From: a virus
Taxonomy: Duplodnaviria; Heunggongvirae; Uroviricota; Caudoviricetes
Reading direction: 5' to 3' (one strand)
Virus record (IMG/VR): IMGVR_UViG_3300028602_000006
Length of the DNA stretch: 20,307 nt
Positions 1-7,172 of this stretch are shown in pieces. The position numbers were made by a program, and so were the translations under genes. The notes beneath the pieces were generated by a model that saw nothing but the letters and a program-made list of their open reading frames with translations, was not told the DNA's origin and did not search any database. Position 1 is the stretch's first letter. Every line of letters starts with the position of its first letter.

Positions 1-635
1 TCTTGAACTTTCCTGTCATTGTCATCAAACGAATATTCGACGCCTGAGGCAGAACAACGATACATGGTCATATTTTTACTCAGCGATTTAAATGCTGCTC
101 GTGTGCCATCGCTGGTTGCATCATATGTCATAGCTTTGCTCCTGATAACGCCCATTCCTCCGCCTTCAGCAATAGCGTCCTGATTAGCTCCTAGGAATAC
201 AAAATCCCATTGAGGATCTTCTTCTCCCTCTAAATCAGAAACCATTTCAAATACACGTTTTCGATTGTATTCGTGGGATGAATTCTCTTGACCGTCTGTA
301 ATGACAACGCAAATAATTTTTGATGGGCGCTTGTCTTCATCCATCTTATTAATACGTTCCCGCTCAGTTGAAAGAGTTCTCCCTATTGCGTCAAGAAGAG
401 CAGTTCCTCCTCTTGGCGTTAGCTGGAATTTCGGGACATCAGTTATAGCGATATTATCATGTACTATTTCATATTCAGTATCAAATTGAGCTAGAGTAAG
501 AGTGGCCTCTCCCTCTACCCCTCCTTGTTCTTTAACGAAACTATCAAACCCGCCTTCCATATCTGCTTTGATGCCCGTCATAGAACCCGAACGGTCTATA
601 ATTGCAATAATATGCGTATATTTTTCTTTACTCAT
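1..635 (-). CDS. von Willebrand factor type A (vWA, MIDAS) domain protein; 3' end beyond window edge
   Basis: Not in ORF track (open at edge). ATG at 635 with SD AAGGAGA (641-647). Translation MSKEKYTHIIAIIDRSGSM...PRGGTALLDAIG...VVITDGQENSS...WDFVFLGANQDA has the MIDAS DxSxS, T and D residues. Confidence 0.9.
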   Translation of the reverse strand, partial: MSKEKYTHIIAIIDRSGSMTGIKADMEGGFDSFVKEQGGVEGEATLTLAQFDTEYEIVHDNIAITDVPKFQLTPRGGTALLDAIGRTLSTERERINKMDEDKRPSKIICVVITDGQENSSHEYNRKRVFEMVSDLEGEEDPQWDFVFLGANQDAIAEGGGMGVIRSKAMTYDATSDGTRAAFKSLSKNMTMYRCSASGVEYSFDDNDRKVQ

Positions 636-648
636 TTGTTTCTCCTTA

Positions 649-1788
649 TTAATTGCCTACAGGAACCTCTTTTAGAAATCCTTGCGGGTGTCCTTGTTTA
701 CTTATTTTACCTTGTTTTATTATTTTGATACATTCATCTTCCAAACAATAATTGATGAACATTAACGCTTCTGGTTTATCTCTCCAGAAATCCATAGGTT
801 CCATATCATCATAGACTTGTTGACGAATACTCGCCCCTGCTGCGATCTCAATCCCCTTTGTTTGGATAGACGTATATGTTCCACTTGCTATTTCCTTCGA
901 TTTGACTTGCGATCTGCAAATATTGTTGGAACATGCAGAAGCGCTCATTGTCCCTCCCCCGCCCATTGGCCCCGTACTATTGCTGATTGTAAAATTGCCG
1001 CAAGTAGAACTATAATCAAGCATTGGATTTCCATTACTTGTTATTGACGGAGTTGTCCAATCTATCGGCGTATGACAGGGTGATGAATAATAGTTATTAT
1101 TATTGAAGATTTGTTCAGTAATTTTTTCCGGAACAGGCTTGGGATTCTTGGATAGAAAATAACTTATCCCGATTGCATAAACTCTTTTACTTCCGATGAT
1201 ATTAGAGGCAGCTCCTCTCATGGTTTGTTCTGTTAATATATATTGTTGAACAGCGCCGTTTGCCGCTCTAAATCCATCTAGCCAAAAATATCCATAAGGC
1301 GTAGAAGATGTGCATATATAATTCTGCTTAGGCCACTTGAATCCGCACTCTTCGCATAGTCTATTGGGTCCAAAAGGCCTTTTATGCTTAGGGCAACAAT
1401 CGATATATTGTTCTAATTGAGGATCATTACATGGAAGTCCTGTTATCGCATTAACTCCTTGGATAGATACTACAATTGCTACATGATATCTATTCTCTTG
1501 ATTTTTATTGAAATCGAGCCACATTCCCTTGTCTTTTTGAACGGGGACAAAGTAACTTGTTAATCTACCCTCGCTAGACATCCATTCACGAGGACATGCC
1601 GGATATTCATCGACAAGATAACTTTTGCGCCAGTTATAGGGAGGAAGCTCTTGCATAACTTCGGCATCTTTATCCTGTTGCGATTTCAATGCATCAGGCA
1701 TATTGAAACCGCAGAAAAATCCATTTGATTCCATCCAGTAATCAGAATCCCATGGAGTATTGAAATTATAATTTTTTCGTTTACTCAT
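649..1788 (-). CDS. Conserved hypothetical protein (379 aa) with LPP..MWLDF..GVNAITG..WLDG..AAGA.I.Q motif blocks and a CxxH/CxxC zinc-ribbon insert
   Basis: Start moved from 1833 to ATG 1788, which has SD AAAAGGAG. Motif order resembles an uncharacterised family I recall from fungi (often ubiquitin-fused) and actinobacteria; not searched. Insert CPKH...CEECG. Confidence 0.75.
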   Translation of the reverse strand: MSKRKNYNFNTPWDSDYWMESNGFFCGFNMPDALKSQQDKDAEVMQELPPYNWRKSYLVDEYPACPREWMSSEGRLTSYFVPVQKDKGMWLDFNKNQENRYHVAIVVSIQGVNAITGLPCNDPQLEQYIDCCPKHKRPFGPNRLCEECGFKWPKQNYICTSSTPYGYFWLDGFRAANGAVQQYILTEQTMRGAASNIIGSKRVYAIGISYFLSKNPKPVPEKITEQIFNNNNYYSSPCHTPIDWTTPSITSNGNPMLDYSSTCGNFTISNSTGPMGGGGTMSASACSNNICRSQVKSKEIASGTYTSIQTKGIEIAAGASIRQQVYDDMEPMDFWRDKPEALMFINYCLEDECIKIIKQGKISKQGHPQGFLKEVPVGN

Positions 1789-1797
1789 TTTGCTCCT

Positions 1798-1834
1798 TTT
1801 GCGCCCGAAGGGAAAAGATCCCTTCGGGCGCAAA
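1798..1834. repeat. Perfect 16-bp GC-rich inverted repeat (hairpin) between genes, abutting the SD of 649..1788
   Basis: TTTGCGCCCGAAGGGA (1798-1813), loop AAAGA, TCCCTTCGGGCGCAAA (1819-1834). Confidence 0.9.
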
Positions 1835-1842
1835 TTTAGGGA

Positions 1843-2781
1843 TTAATATTTACGGTTGAGGCTAACTCCGAATGGATTATTTTTCTTGCCAAAAGCTTCA
1901 TCCATTGAAAGAATTAATTTTGGCAATCCATCTTTATTCTGAAGTTCCTTGAAGATCATGTAGGATTCCGGATATTCCGTCTTGAGTCTATCCATTCCGT
2001 CCCTAAGATCGGACATTAATTGACGGACATGGACTTTATCGTCCGGATTTATATCTTCCTTATCAACCAAAATACGAGCAAACTGTCTTTCAGTTTTCCC
2101 GAATTCGCTCCAATTGATTCTGTTGACAATAGAACGACCTCTTTTGAGTGGTTCGCCGTGGAACAACGGATCTTCATCCACTGTCTGATTGGGCATTTTC
2201 CCAATAGGATAGAGTCTGACAAGTTCACCGTTAACTTCAATAGCATCCTCTTCTGGCAACCCGTTATTGATGTCAACAATATAATTGACAGTCTCTTCGA
2301 CTGCAACTTGTTTGGAATCAGGCTTGAATGCGACAACATTTTTATCGCCAAATATTTTTTTCAGAGCCTTAGTAATACGATTATCTTTTTGGGGATTATA
2401 ATTGGGAATCAATTCTTCAGGTCCTAGATCCTCAAATCGGGTTTTAATTCCGTACTTAGTCTGAAGATCATAAAGATCGGGATCAACTTGCGTAGTAGCG
2501 GTTTCTCTTTTTTCCTTATCCCCTCTGAGATATTTTACGGCCAAACGTAGTTTAGGTAATGAGACGCCTCTTTCGTCGCAGAATAATTTTCGAATATCCC
2601 CAAATGGAGTTACGCTATCATCTGAAAGCATTTCCAGAACATAAAGCGTATCCCTTGTTAATTCGAATGGTTTCTCAGCGAAGGCTTCATTTACTTCTTC
2701 GACAGATAGCCCAACAATTTTAGCGAACTGATCTATGCGGGATTCCCAACTGTCTGGGGTTGTGGTATTTTCAGTAGTCAT
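1843..2781 (-). CDS. Hypothetical protein (312 aa), first gene of a leftward 3-gene operon
   Basis: Long ORF with SD AAAAAAGGAG upstream of ATG 2781; no recognisable motif. Confidence 0.85.
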   Translation of the reverse strand: MTTENTTTPDSWESRIDQFAKIVGLSVEEVNEAFAEKPFELTRDTLYVLEMLSDDSVTPFGDIRKLFCDERGVSLPKLRLAVKYLRGDKEKRETATTQVDPDLYDLQTKYGIKTRFEDLGPEELIPNYNPQKDNRITKALKKIFGDKNVVAFKPDSKQVAVEETVNYIVDINNGLPEEDAIEVNGELVRLYPIGKMPNQTVDEDPLFHGEPLKRGRSIVNRINWSEFGKTERQFARILVDKEDINPDDKVHVRQLMSDLRDGMDRLKTEYPESYMIFKELQNKDGLPKLILSMDEAFGKKNNPFGVSLNRKY

Positions 2782-2859
2782 ATCTATTCTCCTTTTTTAC
2801 TCTCACACTCATGTATTCCCTACATGGAAGGGGTCGTTACCTTTTGTACCGACATTTTC

Positions 2860-2890
2860 ATTATACAATGTTTTTTAAAAAGTTACCTTC
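2860..2890 (-). promoter_or_regulatory. Promoter AGGT-N18-GTATAAT driving the leftward operon
   Basis: Minus strand GAAGGTAACTTTTTAAAAAACATTGTATAAT; same spacing as the tnpB promoter. Confidence 0.6.
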
Positions 2891-2910
2891 TTTAATTAAA
2901 AATATTTTTC

Positions 2911-2933
2911 TAGATAGTATTTTTTACTATCTA
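2911..2933. repeat. 9-bp inverted repeat, possible operator
   Basis: TAGATAGTA-ttttt-TACTATCTA, about 20 bp upstream of the promoter at 2860-2890. Confidence 0.5.
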
Positions 2934-3027
2934 TTTAACCATGATCGATCAAAAAAGGATAAAAATGAGCGAAAAACGTGGTAAAAATTACTCGATAAAG
3001 TTAGTGTAAAAATGTTATAATTCGTTG

Positions 3028-3057
3028 AGGAATGCCTGTTTGCATTTTTGAATTAAT
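3028..3057 (+). promoter_or_regulatory. Promoter-like motif AGGA-N18-GAATTAAT with no downstream ORF
   Basis: Exact spacing match to the other copies of the motif. Confidence 0.4.
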
Positions 3058-3135
3058 GCGCTGTATTAGATACCTTAATTTGGACCAATAAATATATATA
3101 TTATTAAGTGTGGGCCGGGAAATTAAATTTTTAAT

Positions 3136-3786
3136 TTAAAGTGTTAAGAATTTATGATTACCGATTGTATCAAATGGTCTCAATTGAGTTCTACTTTTAT
3201 CGGTATATCCCCAAGATGGATCAGCTATACTAGGATTATAGTAATGATTCCAAGTATCAACTGGTTGGAAAGTTCCATTTATCATAGAATGAGCTATAGA
3301 CATAGCTGTATCCCAAGAAGATCCCTTTCCCTGTTTCATATTTGTCCAATCTGAAGCTCCTGCTTTATTCCAGCAACTAAATTGTAAAGGTTTTTTAATT
3401 TCTTCAATCATCTTTTGAGGATTCCCATTACCCCTGTTATAAATTACTGTAGCAATTGCATTCATTCCATCAGAACCTTCGCTTCGTCCCTCAGCATAAA
3501 TAGTTCTAGCAATAATATTTTCTTGTAAAAGTTGTTCTTGTGAAAATTCTTGTTCCTTTTGATTTGATTTTTCTTCATTCTTTTCATCGGAAATAGCATT
3601 AGCAATTGATGGATTACTTAAAGCTTGTTCTATTGCTTCTGGTTCAACATTATATTGTCTAGATGCGCTCCATACATTCATACCTCCCATAACCGATATG
3701 AGAGCTGCTAACAAAGCGGCGGGCAATGTTTCTTTAAGCCCTGCCTCTTGATTAATCTTAGCTACTTTATACCAATTACAATACAT
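3136..3786 (-). CDS. SleB-like cell wall hydrolase (Hydrolase_2 lytic transglycosylase) with N-terminal hydrophobic segment
   Basis: IARTIYAEGRSE...AIATVIYNR...QFSCWN...HYYNP...W...IGNHKF is the Hydrolase_2 signature with catalytic E. N-terminus NWYKVAK..EAG then LPAALLAALISVMGG. Confidence 0.9.
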   Translation of the reverse strand: MYCNWYKVAKINQEAGLKETLPAALLAALISVMGGMNVWSASRQYNVEPEAIEQALSNPSIANAISDEKNEEKSNQKEQEFSQEQLLQENIIARTIYAEGRSEGSDGMNAIATVIYNRGNGNPQKMIEEIKKPLQFSCWNKAGASDWTNMKQGKGSSWDTAMSIAHSMINGTFQPVDTWNHYYNPSIADPSWGYTDKSRTQLRPFDTIGNHKFLTL

Positions 3787-3842
3787 AGGAATTCCTTTTT
3801 GTTTTATAGAATATATATTCTACAAGAAAAGGAGAAGCCCCT
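3787..3842. promoter_or_regulatory. Two overlapping opposed promoters sharing a palindromic -10 region
   Basis: Plus: AGGA(3787)-N18-GAATATAT. Minus: AGGG(3842)-N18-GAATATAT. Perfect palindrome TAGAATATATATTCTA at 3807-3822. Confidence 0.6.
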
Positions 3843-4040
3843 TTGAAAAAAAAGAAACAAAATAATGTTTTAAAATGGATTTTAGAGCACGTACGCCCAT
3901 ATTCAAGATGGGATGAGGATGATGGGTTCCATAATGGTAGCAATGAGGATAATAATCAATCAGGAAGCATGTGGAGTAAATGGGCAACTACTATGAAAGA
4001 GAAGTGCATCCTAGGAATTAAGTTTAGATGGAGATTTTAA
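3843..4040 (+). CDS. Small hypothetical protein (65 aa)
   Basis: TTG start with SD AAAAGGAG (3827-3834), downstream of a promoter motif. Confidence 0.6.
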   Translation: MKKKKQNNVLKWILEHVRPYSRWDEDDGFHNGSNEDNNQSGSMWSKWATTMKEKCILGIKFRWRF

Positions 4041-4093
4041 ACTTCAGAACTGTATAATAGATTTGAATTTTTAAAAATACAGTTAGGAGGTTT

Positions 4094-4537
4094 ATGGAAT
4101 CAACGAGTCAAGTGAAACAAAGTGAACAATCTTATCCTGCGCAGAAGCAATCTCGTTATAGAGATTTGTTGAATATTATTGTAGAAAATCCGCCCAAAAA
4201 CATTACAATTGGAGAATGGGACGATAAGGGAGACTTAACGTTTTGGATTACTATGACCGATATAGGTATGGAGTATAAGGATTATAACGAGTATGAGGAT
4301 GAGTTCTTTTCTTATTTTATCATAGATTTTCTGGGCGAATTTATTATTAGGGAGAATTTGGTATTATTTATTGATAAATTAAAGAATTATGACATAAATG
4401 ATTATATGATTGCAATTGAAGATGGCAATCATAAAAGATTTGGCGTAAAAACTCATAAGGGGCAACTAATTTTTAAATTCCATATTTCATTGTTAAAAAA
4501 TATATTAACAGAAGATCTTAGAGAGACATTGGGATGA
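4094..4537 (+). CDS. Hypothetical protein (147 aa)
   Basis: SD AGGAGG before ATG; TGTATAAT at 4051-4058. Confidence 0.8.
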   Translation: MESTSQVKQSEQSYPAQKQSRYRDLLNIIVENPPKNITIGEWDDKGDLTFWITMTDIGMEYKDYNEYEDEFFSYFIIDFLGEFIIRENLVLFIDKLKNYDINDYMIAIEDGNHKRFGVKTHKGQLIFKFHISLLKNILTEDLRETLG

Positions 4538-4602
4538 GCGAGCTAACAAAGCCTTTAGTATTTTTGCCTAACAATGCGAAATTGAATTTTGATATCTATC
4601 CC
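4534..4602 (+). pseudogene. Probable original 5' end (23 codons) of the ATPase gene, separated from it by the IS insertion
   Basis: ATG overlaps the upstream stop (ATGA). MSELTKPLVFLPNNAKLNFDIYP ends exactly at the IS right end and joins in frame to ATG 5928 if 4603-5927 is removed. Confidence 0.55.
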
Positions 4603-4760
4603 GTCAATAACCCCTAGCCTAAAGGCGTAGGGGCTTGCTCAACCTCCGAAGAGGGAGCATAAGGCATATTGACGGATACCATACTTGGGTAAGATATACT
4701 ATCCAAGTAATTTTGAACTATGTTTCTGGAAGCATTTAAATCGGCGTTAAGGGAAAGATG
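4583..4760 (-). ncRNA. Predicted TnpB omegaRNA (reRNA); guide starts at 4602 (GGGAUAGAUAUCAAAAUUCA); 5' boundary approximate
   Basis: TnpB omegaRNAs overlap the tnpB 3' end and IS right end and take the guide from the flank; the right-end hairpin is present. Confidence 0.5.
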
Positions 4761-5762
4761 ACAAACATTACAGAAATACAGGCTTTGAAACTTCCTATTG
4801 GATTTTCTGATTTCTCCACATCCACTACATTTTTGGGATGTGTATTTGGCAGAAACATATTCAACCCGAATTCCTTTTGCCATTGCTTTGTAGGTCAAGA
4901 ATTGTTCAAACTGGAAGAAATTCCATTTGTTCAATTCCTTTCTCTGTTCCTTTCTTGCCTTTGCGTTTCTAATGCCCTTGAGATTTTCAAGAACAATTGT
5001 GCTTCCAGAATCAATCGAATTTACAATCTGTTTAGTAATTGTATGGTTAACATCACGACGAAACCGTTGCTCCTTAGATTTGAGTTTCTTAAGGTGTCTT
5101 TTGCCCTGATGCCCCTTCGACTGAAGTTCGCTTCTGGTTTTCCCATATTTTTGAGAAATTCTTTTTATTTTTCTTCCATCATAAAATTTGTTTTGAGATG
5201 TTACTGCAAGTTGATTAATACCTCTATCAATACCAACGAAGGTGTTATTGGGTTTAACATCAGAAATTTCTTTTTCAAAAACAACATGAAGAAATACTTT
5301 TCCATCTCTAACGAACAAATCCGCACTAGTATATTTCCAAGTCAAATATTTTTCAAAGTATTTGGGAATAACAAGATTAAATTTCTTTCTTCCTTCACAA
5401 GTAGAAATAGAAACAATATTCTTATTCAACCAAAGAGTGTAAGAATTTTTATCATACCTAATTGCAGTAGATTTAGATTTTGGACAAGTAGCCTTCTTTC
5501 CTCTTTTAATTCTTGCTTGAACAGATTTAAGGGATTCGGTCGCTTTCATTCTGGCGGAGATGGCAAGTTGAGCAGGAAGATTTTTCCTACATTCTTCGTA
5601 AACTTTGTGGTGAAGAGTTACTCCATTGGTACAAATTCCGTTAGAAGATTTAAATCCTACATTACAAACAAAATTATAAGCATTCGTGTAATGCCTAATG
5701 GTAGATTTGAACTCATCAGGAGAACAGTCTATAACAAGTTTTGCTGTATTTGTCAGTTTCAT
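4614..5762 (-). CDS. tnpB: RNA-guided endonuclease TnpB
   Basis: RuvC-I GIDRG, RuvC-II VLENL, zinc finger CSGC..CNVC, RuvC-III NADLNASRNI; catalytic D-E-D intact. Confidence 0.95.
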   Translation of the reverse strand: MKLTNTAKLVIDCSPDEFKSTIRHYTNAYNFVCNVGFKSSNGICTNGVTLHHKVYEECRKNLPAQLAISARMKATESLKSVQARIKRGKKATCPKSKSTAIRYDKNSYTLWLNKNIVSISTCEGRKKFNLVIPKYFEKYLTWKYTSADLFVRDGKVFLHVVFEKEISDVKPNNTFVGIDRGINQLAVTSQNKFYDGRKIKRISQKYGKTRSELQSKGHQGKRHLKKLKSKEQRFRRDVNHTITKQIVNSIDSGSTIVLENLKGIRNAKARKEQRKELNKWNFFQFEQFLTYKAMAKGIRVEYVSAKYTSQKCSGCGEIRKSNRKFQSLYFCNVCHLSLNADLNASRNIVQNYLDSISYPSMVSVNMPYAPSSEVEQAPTPLG

Positions 5763-5770
5763 ATATTAAC

Positions 5771-5801
5771 ATTATACACAAAAGTTGTTTAAAATACCTT
5801 C
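5771..5801 (-). promoter_or_regulatory. tnpB promoter AGGT-N18-GTATAAT, leaderless transcript
   Basis: Minus strand GAAGGTATTTTAAACAACTTTTGTGTATAAT, then 8 nt to ATG, no SD. Confidence 0.55.
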
Positions 5802-5927
5802 AAGAGATGTATAATATTTTTTGAAGTACAAAAGAAAGGAGAATGGTGTGAGAAGTCGTTTGAATTCGCTCGGCTTACCTCCCCCTAGACTGAAGGCATA
5901 GGGGTTTCACGCCTCGCAATATGAAAT

Positions 5928-7118
5928 ATGAAAAAAGAAAAGTACGGTTTGAAATCGAAAAAACGAAAAAGATTGCAGGAGGCAAATACGGAAGAGAAGC
6001 TAGACTTGCAACCTAATTTTTGTTTAGAAGAAGTTCCAGATATTAAAATCAAATCGCTTCGTATACAAAATATGAAAGCATATGATGACTTTTTTCTAGA
6101 TTTCACGGAAGATGATAATATCAAGCCTTTTGTTTGTTTTATTGGAGATAATGGAACTGGAAAATCAACGGCGTTAAACGCTATCCAAATGATCTTCCAG
6201 AGATACGATGGATATGAAGAACATCGTTTATTAGCACGTTTAAGCCACTGTATACGTCACGCATCATCTTCAAATAATAAAACAATATCTCCAGATAATT
6301 TTTTAATTGAAGCGAATATAACTTCTTCATATGGTGATTATGAAATAAAGTTCGACAAAACAGGATTTCTTGATGATCACCCAAAAGAAATAAAACAAAT
6401 ACTTTATCGACTTTGTTATTACGCCCGTTTTGACAAGGAACTTCATCAATTTCAGCTAATTAGAAGCAAATGGGATCAATTTAAGAGTTTATTCGAAGCG
6501 GTTACTGGGTTTGAGATTAATGAAACAATTGATATATTTGCTAGCGAAGATCCTGAGCAGGAAGACATTCTTGACAAGTACGTATTAGGTTTTACCGTAA
6601 AAAAACCATTTGAAACCATATCGCATAAGGATTGTAGCAATGGCGAGAAGAAAGTAATAAAATCATTTTCTACATTATTGAATTTGGAAGTGCAACCCCG
6701 TATAATATTGATCGATGATATTGCTATGCATGTAGCTTTAGGGAAGCATATGGCGCTTATTGACTCTTTACAGTCTTGTTATCCGAATAGTCAAATTTTT
6801 TCTACTACTCATAGTTATCGTATGACAAAAAATCTCAAGAAAAGGTCGCAAATATATGACTTAAGGAGGATGCATGCATGCCCAATTATAGTATCAGAGC
6901 CATGGCGTCTGCGTTTGATAGATGAAATTGAAGATGCGTTGTATAAGTTGGAAGGATTGGACTCTCCCGAAGCCAAAATTCTCCATGGAAACGGAAAAAA
7001 AATTATAACTGCATGTTATTTGGAAATCAATGACTTATGCAAATTCCAAAATGACGTTAAATATTTTTTGAAGGAAGTTTCGGATCTTTACGTAATAGGT
7101 ATGATGTCATGCGGATGA
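5928..7118 (+). CDS. ABC-type (AAA_21/AAA_15, SbcC/RecF-like) ATPase
   Basis: IKSLRIQNMKAY start strand, Walker A GDNGTGKST, signature-like CSNGEKK, Walker B IILIDD, H-loop TTHS. Confidence 0.85.
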   Translation: MKKEKYGLKSKKRKRLQEANTEEKLDLQPNFCLEEVPDIKIKSLRIQNMKAYDDFFLDFTEDDNIKPFVCFIGDNGTGKSTALNAIQMIFQRYDGYEEHRLLARLSHCIRHASSSNNKTISPDNFLIEANITSSYGDYEIKFDKTGFLDDHPKEIKQILYRLCYYARFDKELHQFQLIRSKWDQFKSLFEAVTGFEINETIDIFASEDPEQEDILDKYVLGFTVKKPFETISHKDCSNGEKKVIKSFSTLLNLEVQPRIILIDDIAMHVALGKHMALIDSLQSCYPNSQIFSTTHSYRMTKNLKKRSQIYDLRRMHACPIIVSEPWRLRLIDEIEDALYKLEGLDSPEAKILHGNGKKIITACYLEINDLCKFQNDVKYFLKEVSDLYVIGMMSCG

Positions 7119-7172
7119 CAAGATACTAACAGACAAACTATAAATTCTAAAAGAAAAAGGGAGTGACGATCT

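Larger units (their letters stand above)
4603..5927 (-). mobile_element. IS200/IS605-family non-autonomous element (tnpB only, IS1341-like)
   Basis: Near-identical subterminal hairpins at 4611-4633 and 5882-5904 (20/23 identical). Right end ...GGGGTTATTGAC at 4603. Left end follows a TCAT target (5928-5931, or alternatively 5921-5924). No tnpA. Confidence 0.85.

Noticed and set aside
1789-1833. N-terminal extension of ORF 649..1833
   Set aside because: Runs through the intergenic hairpin; ATG 1788 has the proper SD.
301-2427. Small ORFs 301..489, 525..728, 817..1047, 2020..2427, 2049..2351
   Set aside because: Antisense or alternate-frame overlaps of well-supported minus-strand genes.
2941-3009. 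22-codon ORF MIDQKRIKMSEKRGKNYSIKLV
   Set aside because: Too short, no independent support.
4758-5792. 344-aa plus-strand ORF
   Set aside because: Antisense shadow of tnpB; F/S/I-rich, no motifs.
4611-5904. 23-bp imperfect direct repeats as a possible mini-CRISPR with a Cas12f-like effector
   Set aside because: Only two copies 1.27 kb apart flanking the gene; they are IS200/IS605 subterminal hairpins. No array in the window.
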